DNA of 48,719 nt from a virus. Its lineage: Duplodnaviria > Caudoviricetes. The translations under genes and the position numbers were made by a program. Positions 21,101 through 26,829 of this stretch are shown here, piece by piece. Under the pieces are notes generated by a model. That model saw only the letters and a program-made list of their open reading frames with translations. It was not told the origin of the DNA and searched no databases. The stretch covers positions 1-48,719 of the IMG/VR virus record IMGVR_UViG_3300032234_000538. The stretch is one strand, 5' to 3'. The number at the start of each line of letters is the position of its first letter. Positions within the stretch are counted from its first letter, which is position 1.

Positions 21101-22484
21101 CCATGCCGACGCCGGCACCGGCTCCTTCTCCGCGGGAATTGTAGTAGCCTATTCCGGCACCAATGATGCCATCCCTGAACATCGCCTTCAGCGCGGAGCT
21201 GGACATGCTGGTGGCCCATCCGACAGTAGCGTTCACGCCGACGGCAAGCATCTGAGCCTCGCGAGACATTAGGTCTGCTCCGCGGGCGGTTCCAGAAGCA
21301 AGCCTTTCAAGCGTCGTCATGCCTATCGCGTCAGGCTTAACCATGGCCTTGCCCAGCGCGCGATCGACTATGTCCGCTCCGGCCGTCTGAGCCAGCTCGC
21401 CGAGAGCCTCAAGACCGATGCTTCGCATGAAGCCCATGGCAGGATGCCTGAGTCCGCTACCGACGACTTCAGCGCCCATCTCGACGGCGGCGGCGGTGGT
21501 GGCATTGCGAACGGCGTTACCTGCGTAGTCTCCTGCGAGCTGCGTTGCAGCAGCGGAAGCTCCGTAGATGGCCTTGAAGGGAGCCCTGATTATTGCGCCA
21601 GCAGCCTCAAGGGTTTTTCCGGCGGCAACATCCATTCCCTTGCCGACAAGATTCGTTCCGTATCCTCCGAGTCGCTCAACCGCACGGGCCGCCCAAGTGG
21701 CCTTCGCGCTCTTAGCAGCCCCGCTGGCCGCCAGCTTAAGCGCCGTGCCCGGAGTGGAGGCTCCTGCGGAAAAGAACCACTCAGGTATGTCAAGGACGGC
21801 GTAAGAAAGCGCCGTCGCAAACTTGGCATCTACGAGCCCTTCGTAGGTCTTCTTCCATCCCTCAGGCATGTAGTCGCCAAGGATGGTTCCCTTTCCTTCC
21901 ATGTGCTCGTATGAGCGATTGTTGAAATCTCTGGCTTCATGGAACTGACGGATCTGCGAGTCCACGTCTCCGTCGTCGACGCCAGAAAGGCGCATCAAGT
22001 AATTCTTGAGCTTGAAGCCCCAGCTTCCCGGGTCCTCGGACTGAGCGAAGATTCCATACATGTCCGCCACGCCCTTGGCGGCTCCTTCTGCCGTGCTTGC
22101 GGCGAACTTGGCAGGATTGAGAGGCGCGTCGGCAAGCCCGCCGAGCTCTTCGATCATCTGTCCGACGGCGTTTTCGGCGGCACCAATGAAGTCGGTCTTC
22201 TTGGTGTCCATGTATTCCATCATCATCCTGAACGACTTCCTGCCCATCTCGTCGTTCGAGAACCGCGCCTTGCGGTTCATCTGCATGTATTCAAAGACGT
22301 CCTTGCCCGTAAGCAGGGAGGGGTCGGCCTGAGCCTCCACGGCAGGAGACTGCTCCTCGAAGTCAAACGCGGGAGCAGGCCTGACCTGCATCCCTCCAGC
22401 TTGGAGCCCAGCGATTATATCGCGCTTTATCTGGGCGTCCCTGTCTTCCGGCGTTTGAGGTTGGGTAGATTCGATGGGGTCCAT
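3105..22484 (-). CDS. Giant large polyvalent protein (6459 aa), probably virion-packaged and ejected
   Basis: Uninterrupted 19.4 kb ORF after the tail genes. HEVAH and HEVQH zincin motifs, LPD23-like block (FEISD...HDELFALYPEL), EEFQSD block and C-terminal HTH. Confidence 0.85.
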   Translation of the reverse strand: MDPIESTQPQTPEDRDAQIKRDIIAGLQAGGMQVRPAPAFDFEEQSPAVEAQADPSLLTGKDVFEYMQMNRKARFSNDEMGRKSFRMMMEYMDTKKTDFIGAAENAVGQMIEELGGLADAPLNPAKFAASTAEGAAKGVADMYGIFAQSEDPGSWGFKLKNYLMRLSGVDDGDVDSQIRQFHEARDFNNRSYEHMEGKGTILGDYMPEGWKKTYEGLVDAKFATALSYAVLDIPEWFFSAGASTPGTALKLAASGAAKSAKATWAARAVERLGGYGTNLVGKGMDVAAGKTLEAAGAIIRAPFKAIYGASAAATQLAGDYAGNAVRNATTAAAVEMGAEVVGSGLRHPAMGFMRSIGLEALGELAQTAGADIVDRALGKAMVKPDAIGMTTLERLASGTARGADLMSREAQMLAVGVNATVGWATSMSSSALKAMFRDGIIGAGIGYYNSRGEGAGAGVGMGVAWGGLSGTVRHMGAYTRFQHQDQLVVDNFKQYGVEAFRRVLGPTGYESAKRFAEHIEGYGDLRTSAIEMAHLQTLIAHEGALMGAGNVNFYFGDVSKNPNELVQILVDMKATPGKIAEILKDAPIAAGMMADFKDMSGADKKILVFNRENYRPTTGRHEVAHLLLRSVAEANGDMEYISDGQNRFKIFRPNYLLNLLGATKDMGAMPDKAWNSMIQSYHALNGVTRMGMDEATARSYGASMANSVEAFRDLYSKGQLNLQDANIAGLVGAISLVAEEAFAYYQGGLSNVLPVDQYTKDPAARNMLRAWAENRAARKNSLIMADLEMAGVEIKARLTNPDGTPKIFSDQKDQHGYPIPVFDSFLFDDGKMLRTPGMDSWIDMVMRQAYSKGEVLTSTMDPIRQEALAKSAGKTHLFNSVAGGGMRLKSPKELDEISSKQAQTILGAAGSVPEDVRPFVEVDQEGATKIKLESISSDALEAIKKSGAFTKQEWDGIVGMINIVQRNRQGAMHHNVLNATLLAHTMQVRKGASVIRLTGKDVPVTYRSFVPLSVEVYVKTHDAQGNPLRNPKGGVLIHSLDVAAENRRLQKIFRRADVQQLFGGDFEKFVHLFNSYVVNQSGLNGPRVPTAELFKPLFGDESGRVRDIMYEAFGGRKTKDATWINEPANGYKGGADDPNRPFFTMRYDTMADIQVQPTAWNPYSRVPFFPYIHNIAYEGVTKNFQLTGFAASPLANGGMMFRNRQGFEIFESKKGYALFDPFGIKVGVFKTAAKAMKKAAKDVGEMDEADTIPDNAVFDTNPHVEQVREVEDLTSTFMLGGRAGGISGRLDGARGGLGMTPAEYVASVARTSPKSSFSANPITPGASLTDFQPSNNEPSGLVQVQIPNPLGGYTVDFAEPKKFFRFDEVFKGKLLDLDGIDVPGEEPIFNADRSTATSRPGGDMRNVVLSFSPAHMRALVAIHGADFANKSLAGRTGASLVVATAARNGSIPTPSTGGVYNASHAMSLASIMLTRDSAGSSVHEAKVDAFVSRHQIDFLGFAADRVKSGAAGEVTLDSQGKVNQPIPNQAFIKSALSVRATFGTLDWAKRVIKDQTSGIVRSGTEIAAARAILSSVSGEMKQGASGKLNIQVNRIANLDFMRAFSEAQMVYGTESNVPEMGGMFAGFWRFNAPDNPDHVLMFNDAMVDLTDTAIPNANYASIAKVVRDIESHHYKFLQQAKASVPSLGAKTLGLMDQNPIRSSWISGLDELIPGLSDATTDVLINRGSQTPASSRAQVYLDAWHDSAKRVAANGGAFKKTVVGKFGSNGKLEVAKSGAKKGFAWMELTNVDDPDVDNVLTHKSIYEGIEDAISRHASGDQSALNDAAILYGAVSSLAGDKNPFFHLIKPTFERTLAGGSEDTFNRSIFRSEKDSRRGRIKSGVGGVSSSYTKPAASVYDLPASRSYVTKVTRRQGGGKTPSIDNAASMYIESSVNSANPNRYRSISKANALIGTSISPVIVSGRGSNMSVGGSASVVIDTGSSTQSGFATATNPMDRLGALTMPVDTLGADSNITRGNVFDASGSTYSPAFLAIALQSINANGGYDFSKQMARMDKDVADWLGMNSSLGNLSRNTIDQLTQRLGQGIAEAAGDADKIGSIYATLTKFLIDNGVSHEQVMFAENMIISRMKIMEAAAAGQINGPEVLAGLASIADSMVQSDEVRNGGARIGGLSREALRNYSDLIKRYRKEGSIELSARQGDASKTIQSDSNFMLVGRRAEAHLSKERRDILMAMGLMGKIRDAAGKEHVYFEISDARASLNTSTFASGLSGALTEGLPDAVAAIEGAVLARVGKGNRVDLNSLVDNFNSRNLKLRDILVHDELFALYPELGKTEVSCVHGMGCAFDPTGSGSIKIGVDNFLRQEYAASIDIPATTPRTGEALGFEGHGVFPDYQSNFRDVLLHEVQHSIQVAEDWRDVAFSAPVGREATGPGPNGPRFIEANNPYGYLTPLYVGAAKALGSDEDIGIMAPFADDGTITSDVVRMLKRHFYEHEKLANIIVRDTGAAGIRESIGYASSEDVMRAVRSIVEAPMSKVLVADEIPAMVRMTERFDTIIDLMELALSKRASEFDQDGIASIRSRLQVNRDAAKKINASAMMALERIKSGSDPLIEASTLTGVAQTFMPHMSVMDPSLSVLARDVMGSIDYIEHMQEVTDIPLRRSLSRLAFAAGNNASSLSPHQTNLRIAEVVHGLMKSLYMQDPMEVMARETEVRATKSLEELSKMPRKSFEEIVKLPAALRTGLFVKEMAMFDMGSGMNPGMFSDFRNDNLLMIGGSKGSSKLSSEVLTKDSAVFELGLRYLARASLLTHHIKPDYILNRVNQLAYQSRGWKIDERGKAVYVISEGTMSISRDAKQSGVLLGLSDLLGSSIGSPRMDNVPSDAQRRINYQYSEQTKQNRQRVLAQVSGMEENMVAPPNLDELRGMAKGIEKVGDASYIRDETNYSDNGVMFAAGLSKDGVSITIEDLASAIGAAVEIESQMTVGSPALDAIMGNNFPEFIIVDNLIEALRTSGVDDDSIRASKAEQIAKAFAGKRMHKAEIADVMAVIHEIPVFESAGAVTNREQIRGAMAMSDSEISKKVRAAYFENSDMGDAIRSTIHRLLNSSAGLSGDDPMRNMFDSMTKHTYGEGILRLQTVVTTAIKEHWGIVEGLKGLTGSNKLTQQLFERLQQRRPSLNEVFPERHSRHILFQKETGMYPGPVNTDSIAQEAVRRFKKRVFKHLMAVTSLAERVADLAIESNDRTIGIELLEHIYGSVIDESIKDFSRMLMSGEEGEASGGRTSRVLGSVGSDAGIGTNTYGLGAKEHAVIDKGILRTMGGGMSSRMSGVIPLFGIFGGASHFMRETARIDSSFLGMAGIAMQGDTQFFPDSGRVTNALSNQTEGNTLFRTIINESRDAEALEVESLDLADYGDMVAIGLLNQAFNESGSVDKSGNRVKTNAELTTNALRAHRRLREIASGILSAINTQANYMGLGSSMAPDKLFTRFSNVELSDHTRGLIRRAVADDHVGLELAHSHLEAQRSKATALLSLMSDIEEAEGEVKMFGSLLTESFNPEYDNPSDLNTFRLMPHVSTLRSYIPKAGDRRLVITSAHEALISTATDRDVHILTGLDTTSSASPAFSSGKYAAMDYNVSANLFGDRPGEPIGTQLGALSPILIRIGQRFPQLGFADVIEKVFRKIGGDQFNSYKHSRSTRSTIHLAGGSYGLHYAAENMALSSDTRVRALGEALRGFDPEGSESYKNDLARAILVGTMIPMLSRLADAESLYEAKGPILDLVRSYAKDGVEGTRRDMREYISEASSLLSGSSGIGVRRLAQYLAVKFSDNDWQSMGRAAGAYMFDKNIAPELARKFTRDEIDLIRKNYMSVLASSKGDTEAYRGHHFAKAHNEGPTHRVSREFYSGSYPSTLPAAKEAYASMHLLQSLISDILGVSDYGTGTEMFIATLFELSDYEGVLHKPSVMSTEDGFKISHSAYSQNPDISSRSLPYPGLVADEIYADTSSGFQPATGATIYGPGSMFTTGEVIAPSMGGIAAALMMFPESKEYMSGVRSRGSQSKTTFNAGKNNRLTKDLVRAHIRKTISKRLAAAGTQTLEIQPASMSLTYRAPSAALLIGMRGGSSMREAVADWHGSGLRSIDRVIQYKTGPSNSGAYIAGGGGLSLVGKYAGDLTGFAESKPSRGFSWSRAANGDILVNISGDHLGYKMDGRAFDRNVGFGFSIVEGVGYDPNKRVLIPAKAQAQAGVHQIMSSYGHFMLDAFDPNSSGMASAYENADAAMQGLIHRSRLDAVTSKELKEASDAAATGLRYLSTYGMPAHISAAQKLSFGQPASYITIRIPANANMETIKQMLLTAHMDPTITPNYGIVGRAGRFEGPVVRTNEGKIFGNYGDQQGSYHRSIKHKIRTAGGAVLDSATPADVLMQELSKSRQAVDPHVVDDIELLVARIIGGESGYFLPDAERKLALDGDTGMAVATLFPGREDLLKYSWDAKALHGIKIWKRTGPKGDVNFKAHVVQFDAPISVTPEGGLQISKTAVAFKTAAEAEQYANRVSRMMSGAEMVKALADGDLEVVDRPDLSKADDPFIGDLRPQKAKVIGESGLVDSANGYTVGDLDMVFDRATANKVSKALDTRKHIRFKAGDTLLMASGRKMEELEALVKSKLNFGLPKGPIAFASKAMNAISKGVDKHKRFKETMTGADWFEFMKTNGVSGEEMRQSGLGQLFYGSMDTPLTRMDVAEFFAAMMPNLVKNDFRFSPHQRGVEAMTLGIPQNAGANLPAFVSSSGWHLPYVTNAAIQSLANMKMSIEAVRGPLAELEMRMSEANARGDAEATAKLTTAIDSIRQSATSAAERMGMDAGSLEGASVSQILQVLDEKLKSSVGELGGNTSTSNELAKLANSLDFGDIEKVRQKYNDEIGKLLKDQAMAASLSGLAPEIYAPLRMMRHGWIGAMKPELGLIAAQTASSSSGRSNTFSFGSDYTLRTGQALGFRSEGWDGYSTGRQQIGTQTAVQFYDAAKADEINGYIEGLEADAIVALNDGDKERHKAVTNLIAAAKRVSTVRKAMASLSAGVGSHFGDYLPTRSVDPRGGEYEIGHYRYSLNLSLAGLSLPIFDRPDALLIGTEAAGLPAQVRLEKLGFPVMMMEEFQSDLFQKFAGTGLVSEVDAFLPSSAEEAAKLAMIPEIKQLEERVAQMTAIKDNATKHLLENLIKVVSDKSFSDMTLRLQLNNLDMMNKMFVAASAPGFFRGTGRSVNTPETLRQSINRQAGFMLPERMPVIEPDIELIKLVMMSNNGGTIPKAVMNMVSQRMIQNINSAMDVHALFSGRGMNVAQVIEGIRQQPVRSLQSSWSSIQQLLHKANTDMMSENYLSRIIPSLEGAPDGDLKEMLKSLHSYIETVGQRGADSQGLLAAQLAAVLLLDEKFVLEVTQSAQNGTRVDFEGAARRALENVRTRFADTKSFNGKTIMTSLEVMLQSASEPKPHMHVANNFANGTDLGAQSLINGILFKRELPAEQMANLENIPLNELLQLLDLRPEEVQSQLADIAWQIDSAGDLTNKAIYIERGPALTDNGPQRSYVALRTEGNTGGQMANRIMLEALKAKREGRALGDVILADYDRYSGTQAGGFARAVGELVRGMVNKEELGPEIERTKAEIAVKSKGIPEIGEFSGSRKGGDAIMPNALPFVDINGYKSAHLSMAVIDSMNHGMRAIGMYDSTFQLERGHGLSENPYLYIGMGKNSRFVFKALDGELEWRGVQAVMYAYSKMVSDDMAAPDGPHGGFLHRLHNMEDGDVQRILAGQTIDHQGNVGTLGWHMSNVFWDMHRKLPEGVRQSIVKASYGIGGNADMFVAGSSYLTNLTRKIDAMVKHQRSNALKEPAYVGGKKAPIRLWEDTSFKFNANSVKDSPITMMPQQAHGSAGWGYVTNYGMPGWKLDMMAVGATKTFKNLYSIDAFERPKFEVRGSNMVLLDPKTGRELVTVDVTTEKGMRIFREKYLQASKYKGGNWALNAFMKEWGASGGYIDMTTLADLPGYHDASSGYALNLETGTPREMIDFGQLSQTGDPMGDAILAATKQGKLSPQGFDKTVAFGARMEASEQARILSPMGADYGDNPALAADPNGRGSVINAFGQLAGGLAGAELKADRPRAMPTAMSFTRYGMVHPTVYAAIMGGAGQTPESIAHTILRIRNPIVATMVHTPEMRTKEHEMAFRTKISSGVNLLMASGRRVDQGKPVSPEVISALAQLADKVQASGEHASRRQTAPVLDNRYRDLRDSTPITYADNLMVDRKNLPELPMAESPAAIDPSDRRARIYDRELAVELMKAGHSDLEISRHLGISRTSMVLLRAKEGIAPLPEGADSKRSNVGKKLSDEEVVRRMDVIAEGVKAGQNYSSLVRESNLTDSKRPSGGWKRIRSHLESKNVEVPKRGPKKKEPSPSDSLSDKTHEAQVRETPSDKSKLMKREQLEGEMNG

Positions 22485-23389
22485 TATTCAGGTATGACTC
22501 CGGGGATGGTGGCAGATGAAGCTGCCCCGCCGGCGCCAGAAGGTTGGCGCTTCTTCGGGATCAATTCAATACCATTGAGCTTGGAAGCTCGATATACCAC
22601 ACCCTGAATCTCTGACCTGAGTTTCTGAAGCTTAAGAAGTTCGTTGGACCTGCGACCCCACATCATGTTGCTGGCGGCCCTAGGGACTCCGCCTTGGATC
22701 ATTTCAAGCTCCTTCTCGGAGACGCCTGCTAGGCTTTTGGTCCCAGACAGCGTCTGGAGCACGACGGGCGTAAGCATTGACTCGATTTGAAGCGCTCTGG
22801 CTGCACGGGACGTGGGGGAGAGGGATCCTATGTATCCGCTATCGTTATACAGGTCTTCCAGCTCGTCGAGCAGGCCAAAGACCCTCTGGCTGTTCTGGAT
22901 GCTGGTCCTATACATGTCGGCGTTTTCGTCTCCGCCGGTAAAGGGCAGGACGTTTACGCCCTGACGTGCCGCCATCATGTATGAAGGAAGCCTTACCGAC
23001 CTTCCATCGCCCGTTGTAACATCCATGTTCCCGTCCGGGGCCATCATGAAGGTTCCGGCCCGACCCATGTCGATTTCGGTCCCCATCTTGAAAAGCGCCG
23101 ACCCCTTGGACTTTCCGATCTGAAGGGCTGCCCCCATGTTGCCAGCGCTCATGTAGAACTGCTGGGCTCGGTAGTTGGGGTCTTGGAGCTTTTTCTGCTC
23201 CTCTATATACTTCTGCTTGCTCTCCTGAAAACCCGTCCCCTGTTGCATGATGGCGCCCATGGCCCTCATCTCGTTGCCGCCATACATCTGCTTGGCTATC
23301 TCATAGTCCTCAAGCATGTCTCCACCTCGCGTCGGGGCCTGACGCTGTGGAGTTTGGTTAATCAGGGCAGCTATCTGGTCTGGGTCCAT
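22484..23389 (-). CDS. Hypothetical protein, probable internal virion/ejection protein
   Basis: Coupled to neighbours. GVSEKELEMIQGGVP-type helical C-terminus. Sits immediately upstream of the giant gene. Confidence 0.6.
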   Translation of the reverse strand: MDPDQIAALINQTPQRQAPTRGGDMLEDYEIAKQMYGGNEMRAMGAIMQQGTGFQESKQKYIEEQKKLQDPNYRAQQFYMSAGNMGAALQIGKSKGSALFKMGTEIDMGRAGTFMMAPDGNMDVTTGDGRSVRLPSYMMAARQGVNVLPFTGGDENADMYRTSIQNSQRVFGLLDELEDLYNDSGYIGSLSPTSRAARALQIESMLTPVVLQTLSGTKSLAGVSEKELEMIQGGVPRAASNMMWGRRSNELLKLQKLRSEIQGVVYRASKLNGIELIPKKRQPSGAGGAASSATIPGVIPE

Positions 23390-23391
23390 TA

Positions 23392-25134
23392 TCAGGGGGT
23401 TCCGGTGGCGCTAGGAGGGGTATACCTCCATTTCTTCTTCTTTCCGTCTGGCGTCGCGGCAAGGTCTCGTTCCTTTTGGGCCGCGGCGAGAGCCTCGGGT
23501 GCTCCGGTAAGCTTGGAGTATTCTTCCAGAGAGAAGTCGCTACCAAGTCCAGAAATGTCAGGCATGCTTTCGGGAGTCCTAGAGGTGTCGTATGGGGTTC
23601 CGAATTGTCCGGACCTTATGGGTATTATCATCACCCTGTAGCCGGGACCTTCTTCATTTGGTATGAGGACGGCAGCGCCTTTCGTGGCGAGGTCTCCAGA
23701 CTCAGGGCTGAAGCCTCCTATCAGCACGGGAGTCCTAGACTTAAAGCCCATCGCAGTAAGCTTCGTGTTCAGGGTGGAGTTCACGTTGCTTGCCGCCTTG
23801 TATCCTTCTTCGTCGCCCCTCTCGTAAGCTTCGGCGGCCTTAAAAGCTAGGTCCATCATTTCCTGATCTCCGCTTATTCCGGCAACCTTAAGGCCGCCGG
23901 GCTTTCCGTCTTTGTAGTTGGCCCTGATGCCTTCTACGACCTGTTTTACGTCTCGACTAGAGTAGTCCTTCATGCCGGTCCCCATGATGGGGAAGAGCGC
24001 GTTAGTTATCACGTCTTGCGACTTCTTCTGCCTCTTATCGAACTCCTTCCTCTGGGGCTCCTGACTCTTTAGGCGTCGCCTTTCAACGTCGCTCCTTATC
24101 CATCCGCGAGCTTCATCGTCGAACGCTCCAGCTTCGCTGGTGTATTCAGCCCCGCCTTTTGCGCTGTTATACGCATACGTTCCAACGCCAAGGGCGGTCT
24201 GGAGGATCGGGGAGGCGTAGTTTTTCGAGAAAAGCCTTCTGGATCCGGGCCCCGCGTCGGATATCGTTTCATTTACGCCGGGGAGGGCTGCGGCCTTTCG
24301 GCGCGCATCCTCGGCTTGAGCCTTGTTTGCCGCCAAGGTGTCATAGTCGCCTTGGGCTGTAGCCTTGGGGTCGGCTTTTGCCGCCGCCAGCGCGGCTACG
24401 TCAGGCTCAGTTGCGCCGGTCCTCTTGGCAAGCGTATCAACGTCGCCAGCAGCAAGCAGCGTAAGGTATTCCTTCGAGGTCATTCCCCCGGGAAGCTTAA
24501 GCTTAAGCTTGTTTCCAAGCGCATCTTCTTGATCCATGTCTTGATCCATGACGGAGCCTTCAAAACCCGCGCTGCCAAACCTTCTAAAGTTATCCATGCC
24601 CCTAGCGTTTGCCTGAATGGCGGCGTTGTTGTCGCCAAACATCCAAGCGAGGCCAAGCGGGTTCAAGGCGTTGAAGGTATTCCTCCAGCCTCCGTATCCC
24701 TCTCCCGTATTGGAGGTATTGATCAGCTGCCTCTGTTCCGGTGTTAGGCCGGCAAGTATGTCAAAGTCGGGCTTACCACCCCTGACGGCCTTGCCCTCAA
24801 GCTCCGTGTTGTAGGATTTCTCAAAGTCCGCTTCAGCCTTTTTGGTTTTTTCGGCGGTCTCCTTTTCGGTCTGCTTGGTGGCCTTGTCGGTGACCTGCTG
24901 TTCGACCTTTTGCCTTACGGTAGGCTCCCTGACAATGAAGTCGTCGAGCTCGGCAACTTCCAAGGAGACCTCCGAAAGTCGCTTGGTGTCATACTTCTTG
25001 TTGGCGGCCTTGTCGGCTTCCAGCGCCGCCTTCTCGGCCCTAAGCGTAGCGACCCTGTTCTTAGCCCTAGCTAGGTTGTCGTTCAGGTCGTTATCGTCTA
25101 TGATATCTTCTATTTTGGGAATGACGTATGCCAT
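23392..25134 (-). CDS. Hypothetical protein, probable internal virion protein
   Basis: 580-aa Ala/Gly/charged helical ORF in the ejection-protein block. Confidence 0.6.
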   Translation of the reverse strand: MAYVIPKIEDIIDDNDLNDNLARAKNRVATLRAEKAALEADKAANKKYDTKRLSEVSLEVAELDDFIVREPTVRQKVEQQVTDKATKQTEKETAEKTKKAEADFEKSYNTELEGKAVRGGKPDFDILAGLTPEQRQLINTSNTGEGYGGWRNTFNALNPLGLAWMFGDNNAAIQANARGMDNFRRFGSAGFEGSVMDQDMDQEDALGNKLKLKLPGGMTSKEYLTLLAAGDVDTLAKRTGATEPDVAALAAAKADPKATAQGDYDTLAANKAQAEDARRKAAALPGVNETISDAGPGSRRLFSKNYASPILQTALGVGTYAYNSAKGGAEYTSEAGAFDDEARGWIRSDVERRRLKSQEPQRKEFDKRQKKSQDVITNALFPIMGTGMKDYSSRDVKQVVEGIRANYKDGKPGGLKVAGISGDQEMMDLAFKAAEAYERGDEEGYKAASNVNSTLNTKLTAMGFKSRTPVLIGGFSPESGDLATKGAAVLIPNEEGPGYRVMIIPIRSGQFGTPYDTSRTPESMPDISGLGSDFSLEEYSKLTGAPEALAAAQKERDLAATPDGKKKKWRYTPPSATGTP

Positions 25135-25139
25135 GATGT

Positions 25140-26120
25140 TTAAGGTATGTCCTTGGTTTTATCGAATCTGCTTGGAGGGTTTTCTGCAAAATAAATATCG
25201 GCAGACAGCTTCCTTACTGCGTTCTCTTGAGCCCTGTTGTCCCTAGAGTGCTGGACGAAGTCGTCGAACGCCGTTCCGCCTTGGCCCTCTGTCATCTGCC
25301 TTATGGCATAATAGGCCTTCTGCATCCAATTCTGATCGATCTGGGCGTCGTCATAGTCAGCCAGAAGCTGTCCATGCAGGTTGCGTCTGTTCTTCAAGGA
25401 CCACTCGGGGAGTTTTGCCCTTTTGGCGTCCATGTATCTCTTCTCGAACAGACCCTGCCTTCTTGCCATCTCTGAGTTGAGGTTAGAGGTCGCGATCTGA
25501 GAAAACATGTTCCGGTTCCAATCAGGGCTGCTATATCCTATGAGCTGGTCCTCGGATGGGTTTTGCGTCCACACGGGCCTGTTCCTGTTTGCCTGAGCTA
25601 TCATCATCTCCCTGCTAGCCTGACCGCCAAGAAGGGTCTGGCCGACGGCCATTCCTACGGGTCCTGCTATGGATGCTCCTATCATGGCCGGAGCGGAGTC
25701 TGCCACGTCATAGGCGGCAACGCTCATGGGTGCGTCCTCAAATCCTCCGTAAGGGTTTACCCCGGAAGCGGTGGTGAGGCCTCCTTGTATCAGGTTCACG
25801 CCCGTGTTCAAATAAGGGCTTAGCTTTGAAAGCCTAGCCGAAAGGTTGGCCGCTTTGCTGGCGGGACCGGCATAATTAGCGACTATGTCTACGCCGTTTC
25901 CGAAAGTATTTAGGCCTAGGTCGGCAAGCTGGACCTTTGAAGCCGTATCAACGGCCGCGTTCCTCCTGTCGTATTCATACAGGATTTGATCCGTGTCATA
26001 GCCCCTTACTATGGCGTTCCTCAGTCCGTGCGACGTTATCCCTTCAATATCCTCCATGCCCTTCGGAGGGACATTTCCCTGAAGGGCCTTGGGGACATAT
26101 TGATAGAGGTTGCCCGGCAT
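25140..26120 (-). CDS. Hypothetical protein, probable internal virion protein
   Basis: 326 aa with a glycine-rich hydrophobic stretch (IGASIAGPVGMAVG). Confidence 0.6.
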   Translation of the reverse strand: MPGNLYQYVPKALQGNVPPKGMEDIEGITSHGLRNAIVRGYDTDQILYEYDRRNAAVDTASKVQLADLGLNTFGNGVDIVANYAGPASKAANLSARLSKLSPYLNTGVNLIQGGLTTASGVNPYGGFEDAPMSVAAYDVADSAPAMIGASIAGPVGMAVGQTLLGGQASREMMIAQANRNRPVWTQNPSEDQLIGYSSPDWNRNMFSQIATSNLNSEMARRQGLFEKRYMDAKRAKLPEWSLKNRRNLHGQLLADYDDAQIDQNWMQKAYYAIRQMTEGQGGTAFDDFVQHSRDNRAQENAVRKLSADIYFAENPPSRFDKTKDIP

Positions 26121-26123
26121 GAA

Positions 26124-26828
26124 TTACGGAACGGTGACCGTTGATTCTCCGGGCTTCGCGCCGATTATGCCGAACAGCGGGTTGAACATCGGAGAGTTCT
26201 TGAACGCCTTGAGATACCTGCGGTGATCCGCCTTACCCCTCCAGCCACCTATGACCTTGATCCAATCTCCCATCGCCTTCCTGTCGGCGGCCTTCTGGGG
26301 GTCTTGCTCGTTCTCGGGAATGCGATCCATCATTCGCTGAAGCTGGGTCGTGTATATATCCCATTCGGCCAATGCGTCGGCGTCCTCTTCTTGCTCCGTC
26401 CTGACCCTGTTCTTGTTGGGCTGGAGCGCCAATATTCGCTGCGTTTCCGCGTTCTTTGCCAATACGTCTTGGTTGGCCTTATTGTTGGCGTTGGTCTGGT
26501 TGAATGTGGCTACGTCTTTCTGGCGTCCGAAAATATCCTTATCTACGTCGAACCCGAACCTTTGGTCGGCAAGGTTTGCGGCCCTGTCATTAAGAAGGTA
26601 GTTCAGGTTGGTAGCCCTAGCCTGCTCCTTGAGCCTGTTGCGCTCAATGGCCTCCTGAGAGGACAGGGACATGATGGTTCGGTTCGTTGCGTTGGATAGC
26701 TGCATGCCCGTGCTCATCATGTCCCCGGAGAACTTGCTGAGCTGAGCGTGGGGAGCGTATTGCATCCCCATGATATTGGAAAGGCTGTCGCTTTGGTCTC
26801 CCCGGTATAGTGAGTTGAGCTGTTGCAT
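26124..26828 (-). CDS. Hypothetical protein, probable ejection protein
   Basis: 234 aa, Gln/Asn/Met-rich and helical, in a tightly packed operon. Confidence 0.6.
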   Translation of the reverse strand: MQQLNSLYRGDQSDSLSNIMGMQYAPHAQLSKFSGDMMSTGMQLSNATNRTIMSLSSQEAIERNRLKEQARATNLNYLLNDRAANLADQRFGFDVDKDIFGRQKDVATFNQTNANNKANQDVLAKNAETQRILALQPNKNRVRTEQEEDADALAEWDIYTTQLQRMMDRIPENEQDPQKAADRKAMGDWIKVIGGWRGKADHRRYLKAFKNSPMFNPLFGIIGAKPGESTVTVP

Positions 26829-26829
26829 G

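Noticed and set aside
3105-22484. Giant protein as a virion RNA polymerase (N4- or crAss-like)
   Set aside because: I found no DxDGD catalytic motif in a plausible context and no T7-like motifs. The recognisable motifs are polyvalent-protein type. A structure search is needed to exclude it fully.
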